From assembly GCA_043805415.1 (NCBI GenBank), contig JAZDHZ010000045.1, positions 26,490 through 90,489 of the forward strand: DNA of 64,000 nt. The letters are read 5' to 3'. Shown piece after piece: positions 8,896 to 18,948 of the stretch (the first letter of the stretch is position 1; each line of letters starts with the position of its first letter). This DNA is from Candidatus Omnitrophota bacterium. Lineage in GTDB: Bacteria > Omnitrophota > Gorgyraeia > B26-G9. The translations under genes and the position numbers were made by a program. Below the pieces are notes generated by a model, which saw only the letters and a program-made list of their open reading frames with translations, was not told the DNA's origin and did no database searches.

Positions 8896-8934
8896 AATCT
8901 TTTCCTTTAAAATGGTTAGAATCCTTAAATTGAG

Positions 8935-9495
8935 CTAAATATTAAAATCTTTAATAGTAAAAATAGACTCTAATGTGCACCCAGCTTTTTTTATATTTTC
9001 CTGAGCCCCTTCACATCGATCAACAATGGCAATAACGCGAACAATTTCACATCCGATACTCTGTACGGCTTCAATTGCTTGGATTGTTGATGATCCAGTT
9101 GTAACAACGTCATCAATTATAAGGACTTTGCTTGATTTTTTAAGCTTAGGTCCTTCAATAAGTTTTCGCATTCCATGTTTTTTTTCATTTTTGCGAACAA
9201 TAAAACCATTGATTGGAGTGTTTCTTTTATAGCTGAGCGCTACTGTTGCGCCAATAATGGGGTCAGCGCCTAGGGTTAATCCGCCAATAGCATTGATTTT
9301 ATCTTTTTTTATCATATCAAGTATGATTTTAGCCATTAAATATGAACCTTGGCTTGAAAGACTGCTAATCCTGCCGTCAAAATAATAGTTGCTAATTTTT
9401 CCGCTGGCTAAAACGACACGTTTTCGTTTAAAAGATAAGTGTTTGAGTAGTGTAAGAAGCTGCTTTTTATCCTTATTATAGTTCGGTTTTTTCAT
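8935..9495 (-). CDS. pyrE: orotate phosphoribosyltransferase
   Basis: PRTase PRPP-binding motif VLIIDDVVTTGSS; 186 aa. Confidence 0.85.
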   Translation of the reverse strand: MKKPNYNKDKKQLLTLLKHLSFKRKRVVLASGKISNYYFDGRISSLSSQGSYLMAKIILDMIKKDKINAIGGLTLGADPIIGATVALSYKRNTPINGFIVRKNEKKHGMRKLIEGPKLKKSSKVLIIDDVVTTGSSTIQAIEAVQSIGCEIVRVIAIVDRCEGAQENIKKAGCTLESIFTIKDFNI

Positions 9496-9557
9496 ATTTT
9501 CCCTAGGGGTTGAATGGTTATTTGTGAATATTATACAATATTAACAAAAATTATAGC

Positions 9558-9586
9558 TTGATAACCCAAATTCGTCAATATAATAA
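9558..9586 (+). promoter_or_regulatory. sigma70-like promoter (TTGATA ... TATAAT/TAATAA) in the pyrE/yjbQ divergent region
   Basis: TTGATA at 9558-9563 and an A/T-rich -10 about 16-17 nt downstream. Confidence 0.4.
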
Positions 9587-9645
9587 TAAAGCAATATAGG
9601 AGAATAGCTTGTTAAAATTATTTTTAATTTTTACTAAAACATGAT

Positions 9646-10125
9646 ATGATAAAGAAGGATAAAAGTAAATTGAACAGATTAATCGATAATAGCTTAGGTA
9701 AAATAATGCAAGTGTTAACAAGGCGGTTACACATTGAAACAAAGGGGCCCAATGATCTGGTGAATATTACAGATCTGGTTAAAGATGTTTTAGCGCAAGT
9801 ATCGATGGAAGATGGATTAGTTAATATCTTTGTTGTTGGTTCAACGGCCGCGATCACATCCTTTGAATATGAATCTGGAATGATAGCTGATATGCAGGAA
9901 TTTTATGAAAAAATTGCTTCGCAGCAAGCACATTATATGCATGATGAGACATGGAATGATGCAAATGGCTTTAGCCATGTTAGAGCGGCAATACAGGGCC
10001 CATCAATTATCGTCCCTTTTGAAAAAGCCACTATTCTTTTAGGAGTTTGGCAGCAAATTGTGCTTGTTGAATTTGACACGCGTCCAAGACAGAGAGAAAT
10101 AATTCTAACCTTTATAGGCATATGA
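9646..10125 (+). CDS. yjbQ: YjbQ/UPF0047 family protein (secondary thiamine-phosphate synthase-like)
   Basis: Characteristic UPF0047 length (159 aa) and motifs (TAAITSFEYESG, NGFSHVRAAIQGPS). Confidence 0.7.
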   Translation: MIKKDKSKLNRLIDNSLGKIMQVLTRRLHIETKGPNDLVNITDLVKDVLAQVSMEDGLVNIFVVGSTAAITSFEYESGMIADMQEFYEKIASQQAHYMHDETWNDANGFSHVRAAIQGPSIIVPFEKATILLGVWQQIVLVEFDTRPRQREIILTFIGI

Positions 10126-10943
10126 AAGATAAAAATAGAAAAATATTAAACTGGACAAGAAAGATATTTTGCCTGATGGGCGCTTTTCTTATATTGTTAT
10201 GTCCGCATTTATATGCTGTCCAAACAGGGCTTACTGCCAAATCGGCAATTATTATGGATGCGTCTAATGGAACAATCCTATATCAAAAAAACGCCAATAT
10301 GCGTATGCCTGCGGCTAGCACAGTTAAAGTCTTAACTGCTATTATGTCGGCAAGCAGTCTTGATTTAAATGGGGTTGTGACAGTTAGCAGAAGAGCGGCA
10401 GGGATTGCTCCCAGTAAAGTATATCTGACTGAAAAAGCTCAATACAAAGTTATTGATCTTATAAAATGCTTGTTAATGAGTTCAGCAAATGATGCGGGGG
10501 TAGTTTTAGCTGAAGCAATGGCCTTGACAGAGTTTCAGTTTTCTTTGTTGATGAATGAAAAAGCAAAGCAAATAGGAGCAAAAAACAGTTTTTTTCTAAA
10601 TGCTACAGGTCTTCCCGAACATAAAAAAGGACAGTATTCCACTGCCTATGATCTAGCTTTATTCATGAAAGAATGTATGCAAAATCCCCGATTAGTCAAG
10701 ATAATGCAAACCAAAATGACCACAATTGCCGGGAGTGATGAAAAGCCGATTAATGTTAAAAACCACAATAAGTTTCTTTGGCGTGATTCTAATGACTTAA
10801 TTGGGAAAACTGGTTATACAAAACAAGCAGGGCATTGTTTTTTAGGCGCTTTTACTTGTGGTAAGCGTAAATTAATTGTAGCTATTCAGGGTAGTCGTAA
10901 GCCTTGGGATGACCTTAATTATTTAATAAATAGACAGTACTAA
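10122..10943 (+). CDS. D-alanyl-D-alanine carboxypeptidase (PBP5/S11 family)
   Basis: SxxK (ASTVK), SxN (SAND) and KTG motifs (KTGYT); N-terminal signal peptide; ATGA overlap with yjbQ. Confidence 0.75.
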   Translation: MKDKNRKILNWTRKIFCLMGAFLILLCPHLYAVQTGLTAKSAIIMDASNGTILYQKNANMRMPAASTVKVLTAIMSASSLDLNGVVTVSRRAAGIAPSKVYLTEKAQYKVIDLIKCLLMSSANDAGVVLAEAMALTEFQFSLLMNEKAKQIGAKNSFFLNATGLPEHKKGQYSTAYDLALFMKECMQNPRLVKIMQTKMTTIAGSDEKPINVKNHNKFLWRDSNDLIGKTGYTKQAGHCFLGAFTCGKRKLIVAIQGSRKPWDDLNYLINRQY

Positions 10944-10987
10944 TATGGCGGGTAGGAATTTTGTGTGCATTTAAGTGTGTGTAAAAA

Positions 10988-11022
10988 TTGAGGGCTATTG
11001 GATTAGCCCTCAATTTTTATTG
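10988..11022. terminator. bidirectional intrinsic terminator between convergent dacA-like and ferredoxin genes
   Basis: TTGAGGGCT-ATTGGATT-AGCCCTCAA (9-bp stem) followed by TTTTTATT on the + strand and preceded by AAAAAT. The stem encodes the last residues (IKIEG) of the minus-strand ferredoxin. Confidence 0.55.
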
Positions 11023-11191
11023 CTTCAACTGGACAGCTGCTAGCAGCTTCCTTAGCAGACTCAAGTACATCAGCAGCGATAGAATTACCGATAACAATGG
11101 CTTTATCATCTTGCATTTGATATACTTCAGAACACATGTTTGCGCAAAGTCCGCAACCTACACAAGCTTCCGCGTCAATTATTGCTTTCAT
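11003..11191 (-). CDS. small single-cluster 4Fe-4S ferredoxin
   Basis: 62 aa with CVGCGLCANMC plus a distal SCP motif; GGAGG SD upstream on the minus strand. Confidence 0.7.
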   Translation of the reverse strand: MKAIIDAEACVGCGLCANMCSEVYQMQDDKAIVIGNSIAADVLESAKEAASSCPVEAIKIEG

Positions 11192-11298
11192 CTAAAACCT
11201 CCTTATGTAATAATTTCATATTATTATAAGGTGAAATTATAATTATTGCAAATATTTTTTTAAGAATCCTTTAGATTGCATAGGATATTGTATTAAAA

Positions 11299-11955
11299 AT
11301 GAAAAATATGCAAAAAAAGACAAAAGCCGAAATAGCGGAGATTATATTAAAAAAATTAATCAAGCAATATCCTAAAGCAAAGATTGCGCTAAAATTTTCC
11401 ACAAATATGGAATTGCTTACCGCAACCATATTATCTGCGCAATGTACTGATGATAGAGTCAATAAAGTCACTCTAAAACTATTTTCGAAATATAAAACAG
11501 TATATGATTACGCCAATGCTGATGCAAAGACTTTTGAAAATGAAATACGCTCACTGGGATTGTTTCGCAATAAGGCAAAAAATATTATTCGAACAGCACA
11601 GATAATTTATCAAGAACACGAGGCAAAGATACCTGGGCAAATGCAAGAGCTAGTTAAATTGCCAGGGGTTGGAAGAAAAACAGCCAATGTTTTTTTGTCT
11701 AATGCTTTTGGAAAAAATGAGGGAATAGCTGTGGATACGCATGTAAAGCGACTAAGTCATCGGATAGGACTTAGTCAAAATAGCGATCCTATTCAAATCG
11801 AACAGGATTTAATGAAATTGTTCCCTAAAAAACAATGGGGGCAGATTAATAATATATTTATTGCCCATGGGCGAAGTGTATGCACTGCGCAAAAACCAAA
11901 ATGCCGAATGTGTAATATAAATAGAGTTTGTCTGTTTAAGGAAAAGAATGTTTAA
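11299..11955 (+). CDS. nth: endonuclease III (DNA glycosylase/AP lyase)
   Basis: HhH-GPD motif LPGVGRKTANVFL and C-terminal Fe-S Cys cluster (CTAQKPKCRMCNINRVC). Confidence 0.85.
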   Translation: MKNMQKKTKAEIAEIILKKLIKQYPKAKIALKFSTNMELLTATILSAQCTDDRVNKVTLKLFSKYKTVYDYANADAKTFENEIRSLGLFRNKAKNIIRTAQIIYQEHEAKIPGQMQELVKLPGVGRKTANVFLSNAFGKNEGIAVDTHVKRLSHRIGLSQNSDPIQIEQDLMKLFPKKQWGQINNIFIAHGRSVCTAQKPKCRMCNINRVCLFKEKNV

Positions 11956-11988
11956 AATAAGTTTTTTATTTATAAAGCAAGGAACAAA

Positions 11989-13176
11989 ATGATTTTAAAA
12001 AGAATACTTCTCATATTAGTTGGCATAGGCTTATGTTTTTGTTTGGAGCTTATAGCTCGCTTAGTGTTGCCGGAAAATAAGCTTAACTTGATGGAATCTA
12101 TTCATACTGTTTGCCGGGAAGATAATGAGCTTTTATGGAGACAGAAAAGTAATTTAAACACAATGTTTCAAGGTAAGCATGTAATTACTAATTCCCTGGG
12201 ATTAAGAAATGATGAAATCATGCAGCACGAAAAAGAGAATATGTACAGGTTGATCTGCTTAGGGGGATCTTCAACTTTTGGCTGGGGCGTGGATAGGGAA
12301 AAGACATATCCCTTGCATTTAGAGAATTTGATAAACAAGTGTTTTGATCAGAAGATTGCGGAAGTAATAAATGCAGGTCAAATAGGATATACTTCTTATC
12401 AGGGAAAGAAATTTTTTAAAAAGTATTTACTTGAATATAGTCCGGATATTATTACGGTTTCCTATGTGTTAAATGATATTGATAAAGTTCGTTTTTTTAA
12501 AAATGAGAAATTGTCAGACAGCCAGATCTCTTTTTCGGGATCAGAAATAGTGGAATGGAAAAGCCGTATTATTGATAAACGGATTTACTTTTTAGCCAAA
12601 AGATTTACCTTGTGGCTGATGCGAAAAAATTCAAAACTCACAGCTGCTGTTTATAAAAATCAATATGAAAATTCAAAGATACGCGTATCAGCGGGCGAGT
12701 ATCGAGAAAATCTGCAAGATATTATTGCGACATGCAAATCCAGAAATATTAAGCTGATTTTTATTATCATGCCAATTAATTTAGCTTTGCCGGAGATTAG
12801 CGGGAAAACTAATGGCAGTCAGCTAAGCAATTATTATTATCAAAAAGCTGTAAAATGTGAAAAGATAAAAGACTATAAAAATGCGGAATTATTTTTTAAA
12901 AAAGCGTTAGAGCATCAGGTTTTTATTTGCAAGAAAAATGGAGTTTTATATCAAAACATTATGATGCAAGTGGCTCAAGAAAACAAAATACCTTTTGTGA
13001 ATGCTGAGGAATTATTCAGTAGTGGCTTGTATGGGCAAATGGTCGATTTGTTTAATGGCTCCGATGACAGGATACACCCAAATGATGCGGGACATAGATT
13101 AATAGCAAATGCATTATATGAATGTATTATAAATAATGCAATGCTGGTTCCTAATAAAGAAATGAAGAGAAAATAA
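11989..13176 (+). CDS. membrane-anchored SGNH/GDSL-like hydrolase (paralog 1 of 3)
   Basis: N-terminal TM helix; block I CLGGSSTFGWG; block V DRIHPNDAGH near the C-terminus. Confidence 0.5.
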   Translation: MILKRILLILVGIGLCFCLELIARLVLPENKLNLMESIHTVCREDNELLWRQKSNLNTMFQGKHVITNSLGLRNDEIMQHEKENMYRLICLGGSSTFGWGVDREKTYPLHLENLINKCFDQKIAEVINAGQIGYTSYQGKKFFKKYLLEYSPDIITVSYVLNDIDKVRFFKNEKLSDSQISFSGSEIVEWKSRIIDKRIYFLAKRFTLWLMRKNSKLTAAVYKNQYENSKIRVSAGEYRENLQDIIATCKSRNIKLIFIIMPINLALPEISGKTNGSQLSNYYYQKAVKCEKIKDYKNAELFFKKALEHQVFICKKNGVLYQNIMMQVAQENKIPFVNAEELFSSGLYGQMVDLFNGSDDRIHPNDAGHRLIANALYECIINNAMLVPNKEMKRK

Positions 13177-13178
13177 GT

Positions 13179-14594
13179 ATGCAGATTAATCGAGCGGCTA
13201 AAAAGACATTGCTTATGTTTTTTGGGATAATATTTGGGCTTGTTCTTGTGGAATCATGTTTAAATGCAGTAGATTTTATTTATTCCAGCTGGTTTCATAA
13301 AAGTAATCAAGAGTTTTTTAAATATGATGCCGGTGCTTGTAGAATTATTTGCCTAGGAGATTCCTGGACATTGGGTATGGGCGCTGTCGCGCAGCAGGAT
13401 TATCCCGCACAACTCCAGGTGATATTGAATGAATCGCAAATGGGATGCAAATTTAAAGTATACAATTTAGGGTACCCGAATTTTACGTCAGCCATGGCAA
13501 TTAAAAAATTTAAGGAGATATGTCCCCGTCTGAAGCCGCATATTGTTATAGCTATGATTGGAAGAAGCGATCAATGGAGTTCGGAAAATGCTAATGCTAA
13601 AAGCAAAGTTTTTCAGATAACTAAGCAGCGGTTGTTGGATACAAAAATTGGCAAACTAATAAAAATCAGTATTTATAACTTGCACTATAATGGTTTTAAA
13701 AAACAGACTATTGACTCATTGAATAATGAAAAAGCTATGCGTGATGCAATGGTTTGGATTAAATTGGGGAATGAGCATAGATCTAATCGAACGTTTGTTG
13801 CAGCAGAGGCCTGTTATAATAATGCTCTTGAAATAGCCCCGGATTTAATGTTCGCTTTTATTGAAAAAAGCCGTTGTTATAAAATACAAGGGCAATATGA
13901 AAAAGCCGCAAGTGTTTTAACTGAAGCTTTTATATCAGATATATCGAATAAAGAGATTGCTCAAGAGCTAATCGATATTTTTATTCGTTGGAATGAACCG
14001 CAAAAAACAGTGGATTTTTACTATCAAATTTTCCAGAAAAAGCCAGATAGCGATCTGTTGAAAAGTAAGCTAGTCAATGCGTATATTATTTTAGCGGACA
14101 CATTATTTACTAATAAGCAATATGATAAAACAATAGAAATCTATAATAAAGCTTTGAGTCTTGATCCGGAAAATAAAAGATTATACATTAGTATTGCGTA
14201 CAATCAGTCGATGCTTTACAGTAAAGGTAAACTAGGCTATCAGCACCCTAAACATATACAAACCGCTAAGATTAATAGCACAAATTCAATTGAAAAAAGC
14301 CTTACCGTCAATTTAAATCTGCTTGCAAGGTTTTGCAAAAAGCAGGGAATAACACTTATCTTATCCGGGTATCCTCTGGAAATGTTAAAACCTATACAGG
14401 AAGTTGCTGCGGAGAATAAAATCCCCCTGGTTGACCATAGGCAATCTTTTCAAGGAGCAGAAAGAAGCTTTTTTGCAAAAGACGGACATTGTAATAGTCT
14501 GGGGTATAAACTTGTTGCAGAGAACATTGCGGAACAGATATATCTGATAATTAATAACCCAGTGTTTTACAATAAACAAAAAGAAAAACAATAA
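13179..14594 (+). CDS. SGNH/GDSL-like hydrolase with internal TPR repeats (paralog 2 of 3)
   Basis: CLGDSWTLGMGA block I. Central TPR-like repeats (YNNALEIAPD..., YNKALSLDPEN). C-terminal DGHCNSLGYKLVAENIAEQI block shared with paralog 3. Confidence 0.5.
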   Translation: MQINRAAKKTLLMFFGIIFGLVLVESCLNAVDFIYSSWFHKSNQEFFKYDAGACRIICLGDSWTLGMGAVAQQDYPAQLQVILNESQMGCKFKVYNLGYPNFTSAMAIKKFKEICPRLKPHIVIAMIGRSDQWSSENANAKSKVFQITKQRLLDTKIGKLIKISIYNLHYNGFKKQTIDSLNNEKAMRDAMVWIKLGNEHRSNRTFVAAEACYNNALEIAPDLMFAFIEKSRCYKIQGQYEKAASVLTEAFISDISNKEIAQELIDIFIRWNEPQKTVDFYYQIFQKKPDSDLLKSKLVNAYIILADTLFTNKQYDKTIEIYNKALSLDPENKRLYISIAYNQSMLYSKGKLGYQHPKHIQTAKINSTNSIEKSLTVNLNLLARFCKKQGITLILSGYPLEMLKPIQEVAAENKIPLVDHRQSFQGAERSFFAKDGHCNSLGYKLVAENIAEQIYLIINNPVFYNKQKEKQ

Positions 14595-14595
14595 T

Positions 14596-15978
14596 ATGCC
14601 AGTTAAAAAAAAGCTATTACTAGTAACTTTCGGAGTGCTCAGCGCATTGCTCGTAATGGAAGTTATATTGTTTTGTTTTAGTTTCTGGGCGCCACATTTA
14701 TCCGAAAACCCCATAATCAAGCAAGGCCAGGAAAAAGCCTTAAAAGTCCTTTGCTTAGGAGATTCGTTTACATATGGGATTGGAGCTGAGTTCAATCAAA
14801 GTTATCCGGCTCAGTTAGAGCAGATTCTTCAGCGCGGGATTAATAAGGAAGTTATGGTTATAAATGGAGGAATCTCCAGCGCGAATTCCGCAATTGTGTT
14901 GGAAAAAATGAAAACCTTTTTAAAATATATAGAGCCGGATATTATTATTGTTACAACAGGGAAGAATGATATCTGGAACTATAAGCAACTAAAACATTAC
15001 GGCGATTGGAAAGTTCAGGTAAAGGCATTTTTTTCGCAATCACGCGTGTATAATTTACTATTTATCGCACAGATTAATATAAAAAATACAATTAGGGGAA
15101 TAAAATTAAAGCAGCAGTCAAAGAGGAAAAAAGATTCTAAAGGCAGCTCAAATTTTGATGAGGAAGGGCTGGATAAGGCTAATGACCTAAGAAGTGCAAA
15201 GTTATTTGATAGCGCGATAAGTATGTATAAACAGATTCTTAAAAAATATCCAACCAATGTAGCTGTTTTATTAGAAATGGGGCGATGTTATAGGCTTGAT
15301 GGGCAAGATAATCAAGCAGTAACAATGTTAAGGCGAGCTTTAATATTGGATGAATCTAATCAGGATATTTTAAACGAGCTGATAGCAATTTTTGTTAATA
15401 AAAAATCATTAAAACAAAAAAAAGAGTTTTTTTATAAGTTATCTTTGCTTTTGCCAGAGAATAAAGAAATAAAAAAACAGTTAATAAGCGCAAACATGCA
15501 ATTAGCAGATATGTATTATAAGAGCGGAGATAATTATAATGCGATTGTTTATTATAATAAAGCAATATGTTTAGATCCCTATAATGCCCAAATATACAAT
15601 AGGGTATATTATAATAAGGCAATTGGATTAGAACACAAACAAGACATATTGACCGCAACTGGAATTAAATGGCAGGGACAAACTATTTGGCAAATCACCT
15701 TTGATAATATCTCTCAGATTGCTGAGATTTGTAAGCGCAAAGGAATAGTGCTGATATTCTCTGGGTATCCGGAAGAAATGTATGATCCAGTAAATACCGC
15801 GGCAAGAAAATATGATGTTATTCTGGTGGATCACAGAAAGCTTTTTGCGGGAAAAAAGGCAATGGGACAAAGAAGCAAATATTTTGTGTCAGATGGCCAC
15901 TGTACCCGATATGGGTATCAACTTATGGCGGAAAATATAGCAACCCAAATACTTAAGTATTTGGAAAATAAACTTTAG
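14596..15978 (+). CDS. SGNH/GDSL-like hydrolase with internal TPR repeats (paralog 3 of 3)
   Basis: CLGDSFTYGIGA block I; TPR-like centre; C-terminal DGHCTRYGYQLMAENIATQI. Starts 2 nt after paralog 2. Confidence 0.5.
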   Translation: MPVKKKLLLVTFGVLSALLVMEVILFCFSFWAPHLSENPIIKQGQEKALKVLCLGDSFTYGIGAEFNQSYPAQLEQILQRGINKEVMVINGGISSANSAIVLEKMKTFLKYIEPDIIIVTTGKNDIWNYKQLKHYGDWKVQVKAFFSQSRVYNLLFIAQINIKNTIRGIKLKQQSKRKKDSKGSSNFDEEGLDKANDLRSAKLFDSAISMYKQILKKYPTNVAVLLEMGRCYRLDGQDNQAVTMLRRALILDESNQDILNELIAIFVNKKSLKQKKEFFYKLSLLLPENKEIKKQLISANMQLADMYYKSGDNYNAIVYYNKAICLDPYNAQIYNRVYYNKAIGLEHKQDILTATGIKWQGQTIWQITFDNISQIAEICKRKGIVLIFSGYPEEMYDPVNTAARKYDVILVDHRKLFAGKKAMGQRSKYFVSDGHCTRYGYQLMAENIATQILKYLENKL

Positions 15979-16832
15979 CTTTGCGTAAAAACATAACTGT
16001 TCAAGCTCACCCCTAAGCTTTTTGCTACTGGAGCGCATTTGGCCATTAAAAGATGAAATACCTTAGTCTTATATTCTGGTAGCTCTGTAAAGGTTTCATA
16101 ATACCCCATTCCTTTGGCAATAATAATGTCAGCTTGCTTTATTTTTGAGGATAGTGCAGGAGTGATAGTGGATAATTCAATTCCGACAGCATCATTCCCA
16201 GAAGGAATAATATTATTGGCAAAATTTAAATTATCAGTCAGATTTTTAAGATCAACAATAGTAAGGTCATTTTGAATGGAAGAGGATTTTACTACATAAT
16301 ATACTTTGTTTGTTAGTGTAAGGAATGAGATTAAAGGCTGGTCAAAAAACCACTCACCGGCATTATCCGCAAAAAAAACAATATTTTTGGATTTTTTCAG
16401 TTTTTTTGCAAACAAGTCAAAGTGATTAAGGGCAAAACTGATTTTCTTTTTCATATCTTTTTCTGATTCTTGAATGGTTTTAAAAAAATCCAGAGAATTT
16501 CCCTTAGCAGAAAGTAAAACGAGTTCTTCCAAAGAAAGACTGTTGTTTTCAAGCAATTTAGTTGAAATAATTTTTGCGCTATTCAGTTCTTGTTGTTTCC
16601 TTTGAGCAAATGCATCCTCAATGCCGCTAAGCTTTTTGATTTTTCTGTTTATTTTTGTAAAAACTTCAGCAGGGACTTTTTTAAGGCAAAATTGTAGATT
16701 TAGTTCTTTTAAAAGAGAGATTTTTATATCCTGGTTTATCTTAGCGCTGATTTTGCTTTGTAAAAATGACAGCTCTATAGTCATCTTGACCAGGTTTTTT
16801 AGACATTTTAAGCACTGTTTTTGAGCAAGCAT
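15975..16832 (-). CDS. DUF89 (ARMT1-like damage-control phosphatase) family protein
   Basis: FADNAGEWFFD (D-N-x-G-E metal-binding motif typical of DUF89); 285 aa. Confidence 0.5.
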   Translation of the reverse strand: MLAQKQCLKCLKNLVKMTIELSFLQSKISAKINQDIKISLLKELNLQFCLKKVPAEVFTKINRKIKKLSGIEDAFAQRKQQELNSAKIISTKLLENNSLSLEELVLLSAKGNSLDFFKTIQESEKDMKKKISFALNHFDLFAKKLKKSKNIVFFADNAGEWFFDQPLISFLTLTNKVYYVVKSSSIQNDLTIVDLKNLTDNLNFANNIIPSGNDAVGIELSTITPALSSKIKQADIIIAKGMGYYETFTELPEYKTKVFHLLMAKCAPVAKSLGVSLNSYVFTQS

Positions 16833-17081
16833 AGATTTTCCCTAATATTTATTAATTATAAAAGACAAATGATTATAGCAATAAAGCAAGCTCATGGCAA
16901 TTATAAAAAGCAGTAACTAAAGCATAACATATTTAACAACAACATGTTATGTTTTAGGAGAAAGGATCTTTTCAATATTGATACACGCGCTTATCCTTGC
17001 CTGGGGGCAAATTGTGTTGCAGAAAACCCGATGATTTGATAAAATATACCTCTAAGCTAAGGATTAATAAGGAGTTTCATA

Positions 17082-17750
17082 TTGATACCGCTGCGAGATA
17101 AGTTAAGATCAAAGCGTATTCCTATAATAACAATTACTCTGATCTTATTTAATATATATGTTTTTATTAAAGAGATACTTTCAGGCCCTGGTTTAGGCAC
17201 GGTTATTGATAAATATGCTTTAGTGCCTGCACACTTTCTATCTTTAGATGCAGTGACACTGTCAAATTTAATAACTAAAAGTATTTCTTTATTCAGTTCT
17301 CTTTTTCTCCATGCTGGGTGGCTGCATCTTATTGGGAACATGTGGTACTTGTGGATATTTGGAGATAATGTAGAGTATCGATTTGGACATTTTAGATACT
17401 TGTTTTTCTATATATCATGCGGAATCATAGGCAATCTGACGCATGTTATTATGAATGTAAATTCAACTATGCCTACGATGGGGGCTAGCGGCTGTATCGC
17501 AGGGGTTTTGGGCGCGTATTTTCTGTTTTCTCCCAAAGCTAAAATTGTCACAGTATTGCCGATTTTTGTTTTCTGGACCATTGCAGATGTTCCGGCATTC
17601 TTTTTTTTAGGAATATGGTTTTTGATTCAGTTCTTAAGCGGGAATTATTATATAAGTGGAGCTCACGCGAGCATTGCTTGGTGGGCACATATTGGTGGTT
17701 TTATCGGAGGAGCAGTTTTGAAAATGCTCTTTACTAAAAACAGAGGCTAA
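17082..17750 (+). CDS. rhomboid family intramembrane serine protease
   Basis: GASGCIAGVLGAY (GxSG) and AHIGGFIGG (catalytic His) in TM segments. TTG start preceded by AAGGAG. Confidence 0.75.
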   Translation: MIPLRDKLRSKRIPIITITLILFNIYVFIKEILSGPGLGTVIDKYALVPAHFLSLDAVTLSNLITKSISLFSSLFLHAGWLHLIGNMWYLWIFGDNVEYRFGHFRYLFFYISCGIIGNLTHVIMNVNSTMPTMGASGCIAGVLGAYFLFSPKAKIVTVLPIFVFWTIADVPAFFFLGIWFLIQFLSGNYYISGAHASIAWWAHIGGFIGGAVLKMLFTKNRG

Positions 17751-17771
17751 AAATCAGGGGTTTGTTGTATT

Positions 17772-18440
17772 ATGCAATTATCGCCGGATAATATTTCAAT
17801 ATTTACATATATCGCGGTATTTTTCTTTGGGATGCTAATATGTTTTACTCCCTGCGTATATCCGATAATGCCGGTAATTGTTAGTTGTATCGGGACTTCT
17901 GAACTGAAAAATAAAACAGAGATTTTGCTTAGATCTTTAAGTTATGTGCTGGGTTTAGCCTTGGTTTATTCCGCGCTGGGCGCTGTAGCTGCGCTTAGCG
18001 GAGAATTATTTGGCAGTTTTCAACATAGTTTTTGGATAAGGTTCACAATTGCTAATATTTTTATCTTAATGGGCCTTTTCATGCTGGAAGTATTCAAAAT
18101 GCCGCAGGTTTCCTTTGCGGGAAAAATTAGAAACCTAGATAAGTCCGGGATGGCTGGGGTATTTTTAACAGGAGCATTATCAGGTTTAGTTGTCGGACCT
18201 TGTTCAACGCCTGTTTTGGGAGGTATCCTTACTTATGTTGCGAGCAAGCAAAATATTGCTGTAGGCATAAGCTTGTTATTTACCTATGCTTTAGGCATGG
18301 GATTGCCTTTACTGGTTCTTGGGCTATTTGTCGGATTATTGAAAAAAATGCCTCGCTCAGGGGAGTGGATGGAAAAAATAAACAAATTATTCGGATTAAT
18401 ATTAATCGGAGTTGGGGAATATTTCCTGCTGGGTGGATGA
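17772..18440 (+). CDS. ccdA: cytochrome c-type biogenesis thiol-disulfide transporter CcdA/DsbD-beta family
   Basis: Two TM-embedded Cys motifs (FTPCVYP, GPCSTPVLG); 6 TM helices; 222 aa. Confidence 0.7.
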   Translation: MQLSPDNISIFTYIAVFFFGMLICFTPCVYPIMPVIVSCIGTSELKNKTEILLRSLSYVLGLALVYSALGAVAALSGELFGSFQHSFWIRFTIANIFILMGLFMLEVFKMPQVSFAGKIRNLDKSGMAGVFLTGALSGLVVGPCSTPVLGGILTYVASKQNIAVGISLLFTYALGMGLPLLVLGLFVGLLKKMPRSGEWMEKINKLFGLILIGVGEYFLLGG

Positions 18441-18522
18441 TAGGATAAGATAGGAAAAGTCTATCCATTGCGACAAAGAACATAACAATAAATATTAATA
18501 TATTGTTTAGAAAACAGAGAGA

Positions 18523-18948
18523 ATGGTTATGAAAAAAAACAAAAGATCTAATAATAAAAATACATTGGCATATTTTGAAATAGAGTTTTATGAAAAGCTA
18601 CTAAAAGACAATCCAGATTATGTAGATGCTCTTATCCCTCTTGCCGAGGCGTATACAAAAGCAGGTCAATACAGTAATGGATTATTAGTTGATAAACAGT
18701 TAGCTAAGTTAAAACCAGAGGATGCGATAGTTCAATATAATTTATCATGCAGTTATTGTTTACTTCAGCAGTTAGATGAAGCTTTTGTTGCACTCAAAAG
18801 CGCGATAACTTTGGGTTACAATGATTTTCACCACTTAGATAGTGATCCGGATTTATTTTATCTTCGGGAGGACCGTCGCTACAAGGAAATGATTTCTGAT
18901 TTTGTAAAGCAAAAAGGAGTAAAAAATGGAATGGGTAGAGCAACTTGA
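18523..18948 (+). CDS. TPR-repeat protein
   Basis: TPR-like helical repeats; overlaps the next gene by 23 nt. Confidence 0.45.
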   Translation: MVMKKNKRSNNKNTLAYFEIEFYEKLLKDNPDYVDALIPLAEAYTKAGQYSNGLLVDKQLAKLKPEDAIVQYNLSCSYCLLQQLDEAFVALKSAITLGYNDFHHLDSDPDLFYLREDRRYKEMISDFVKQKGVKNGMGRAT

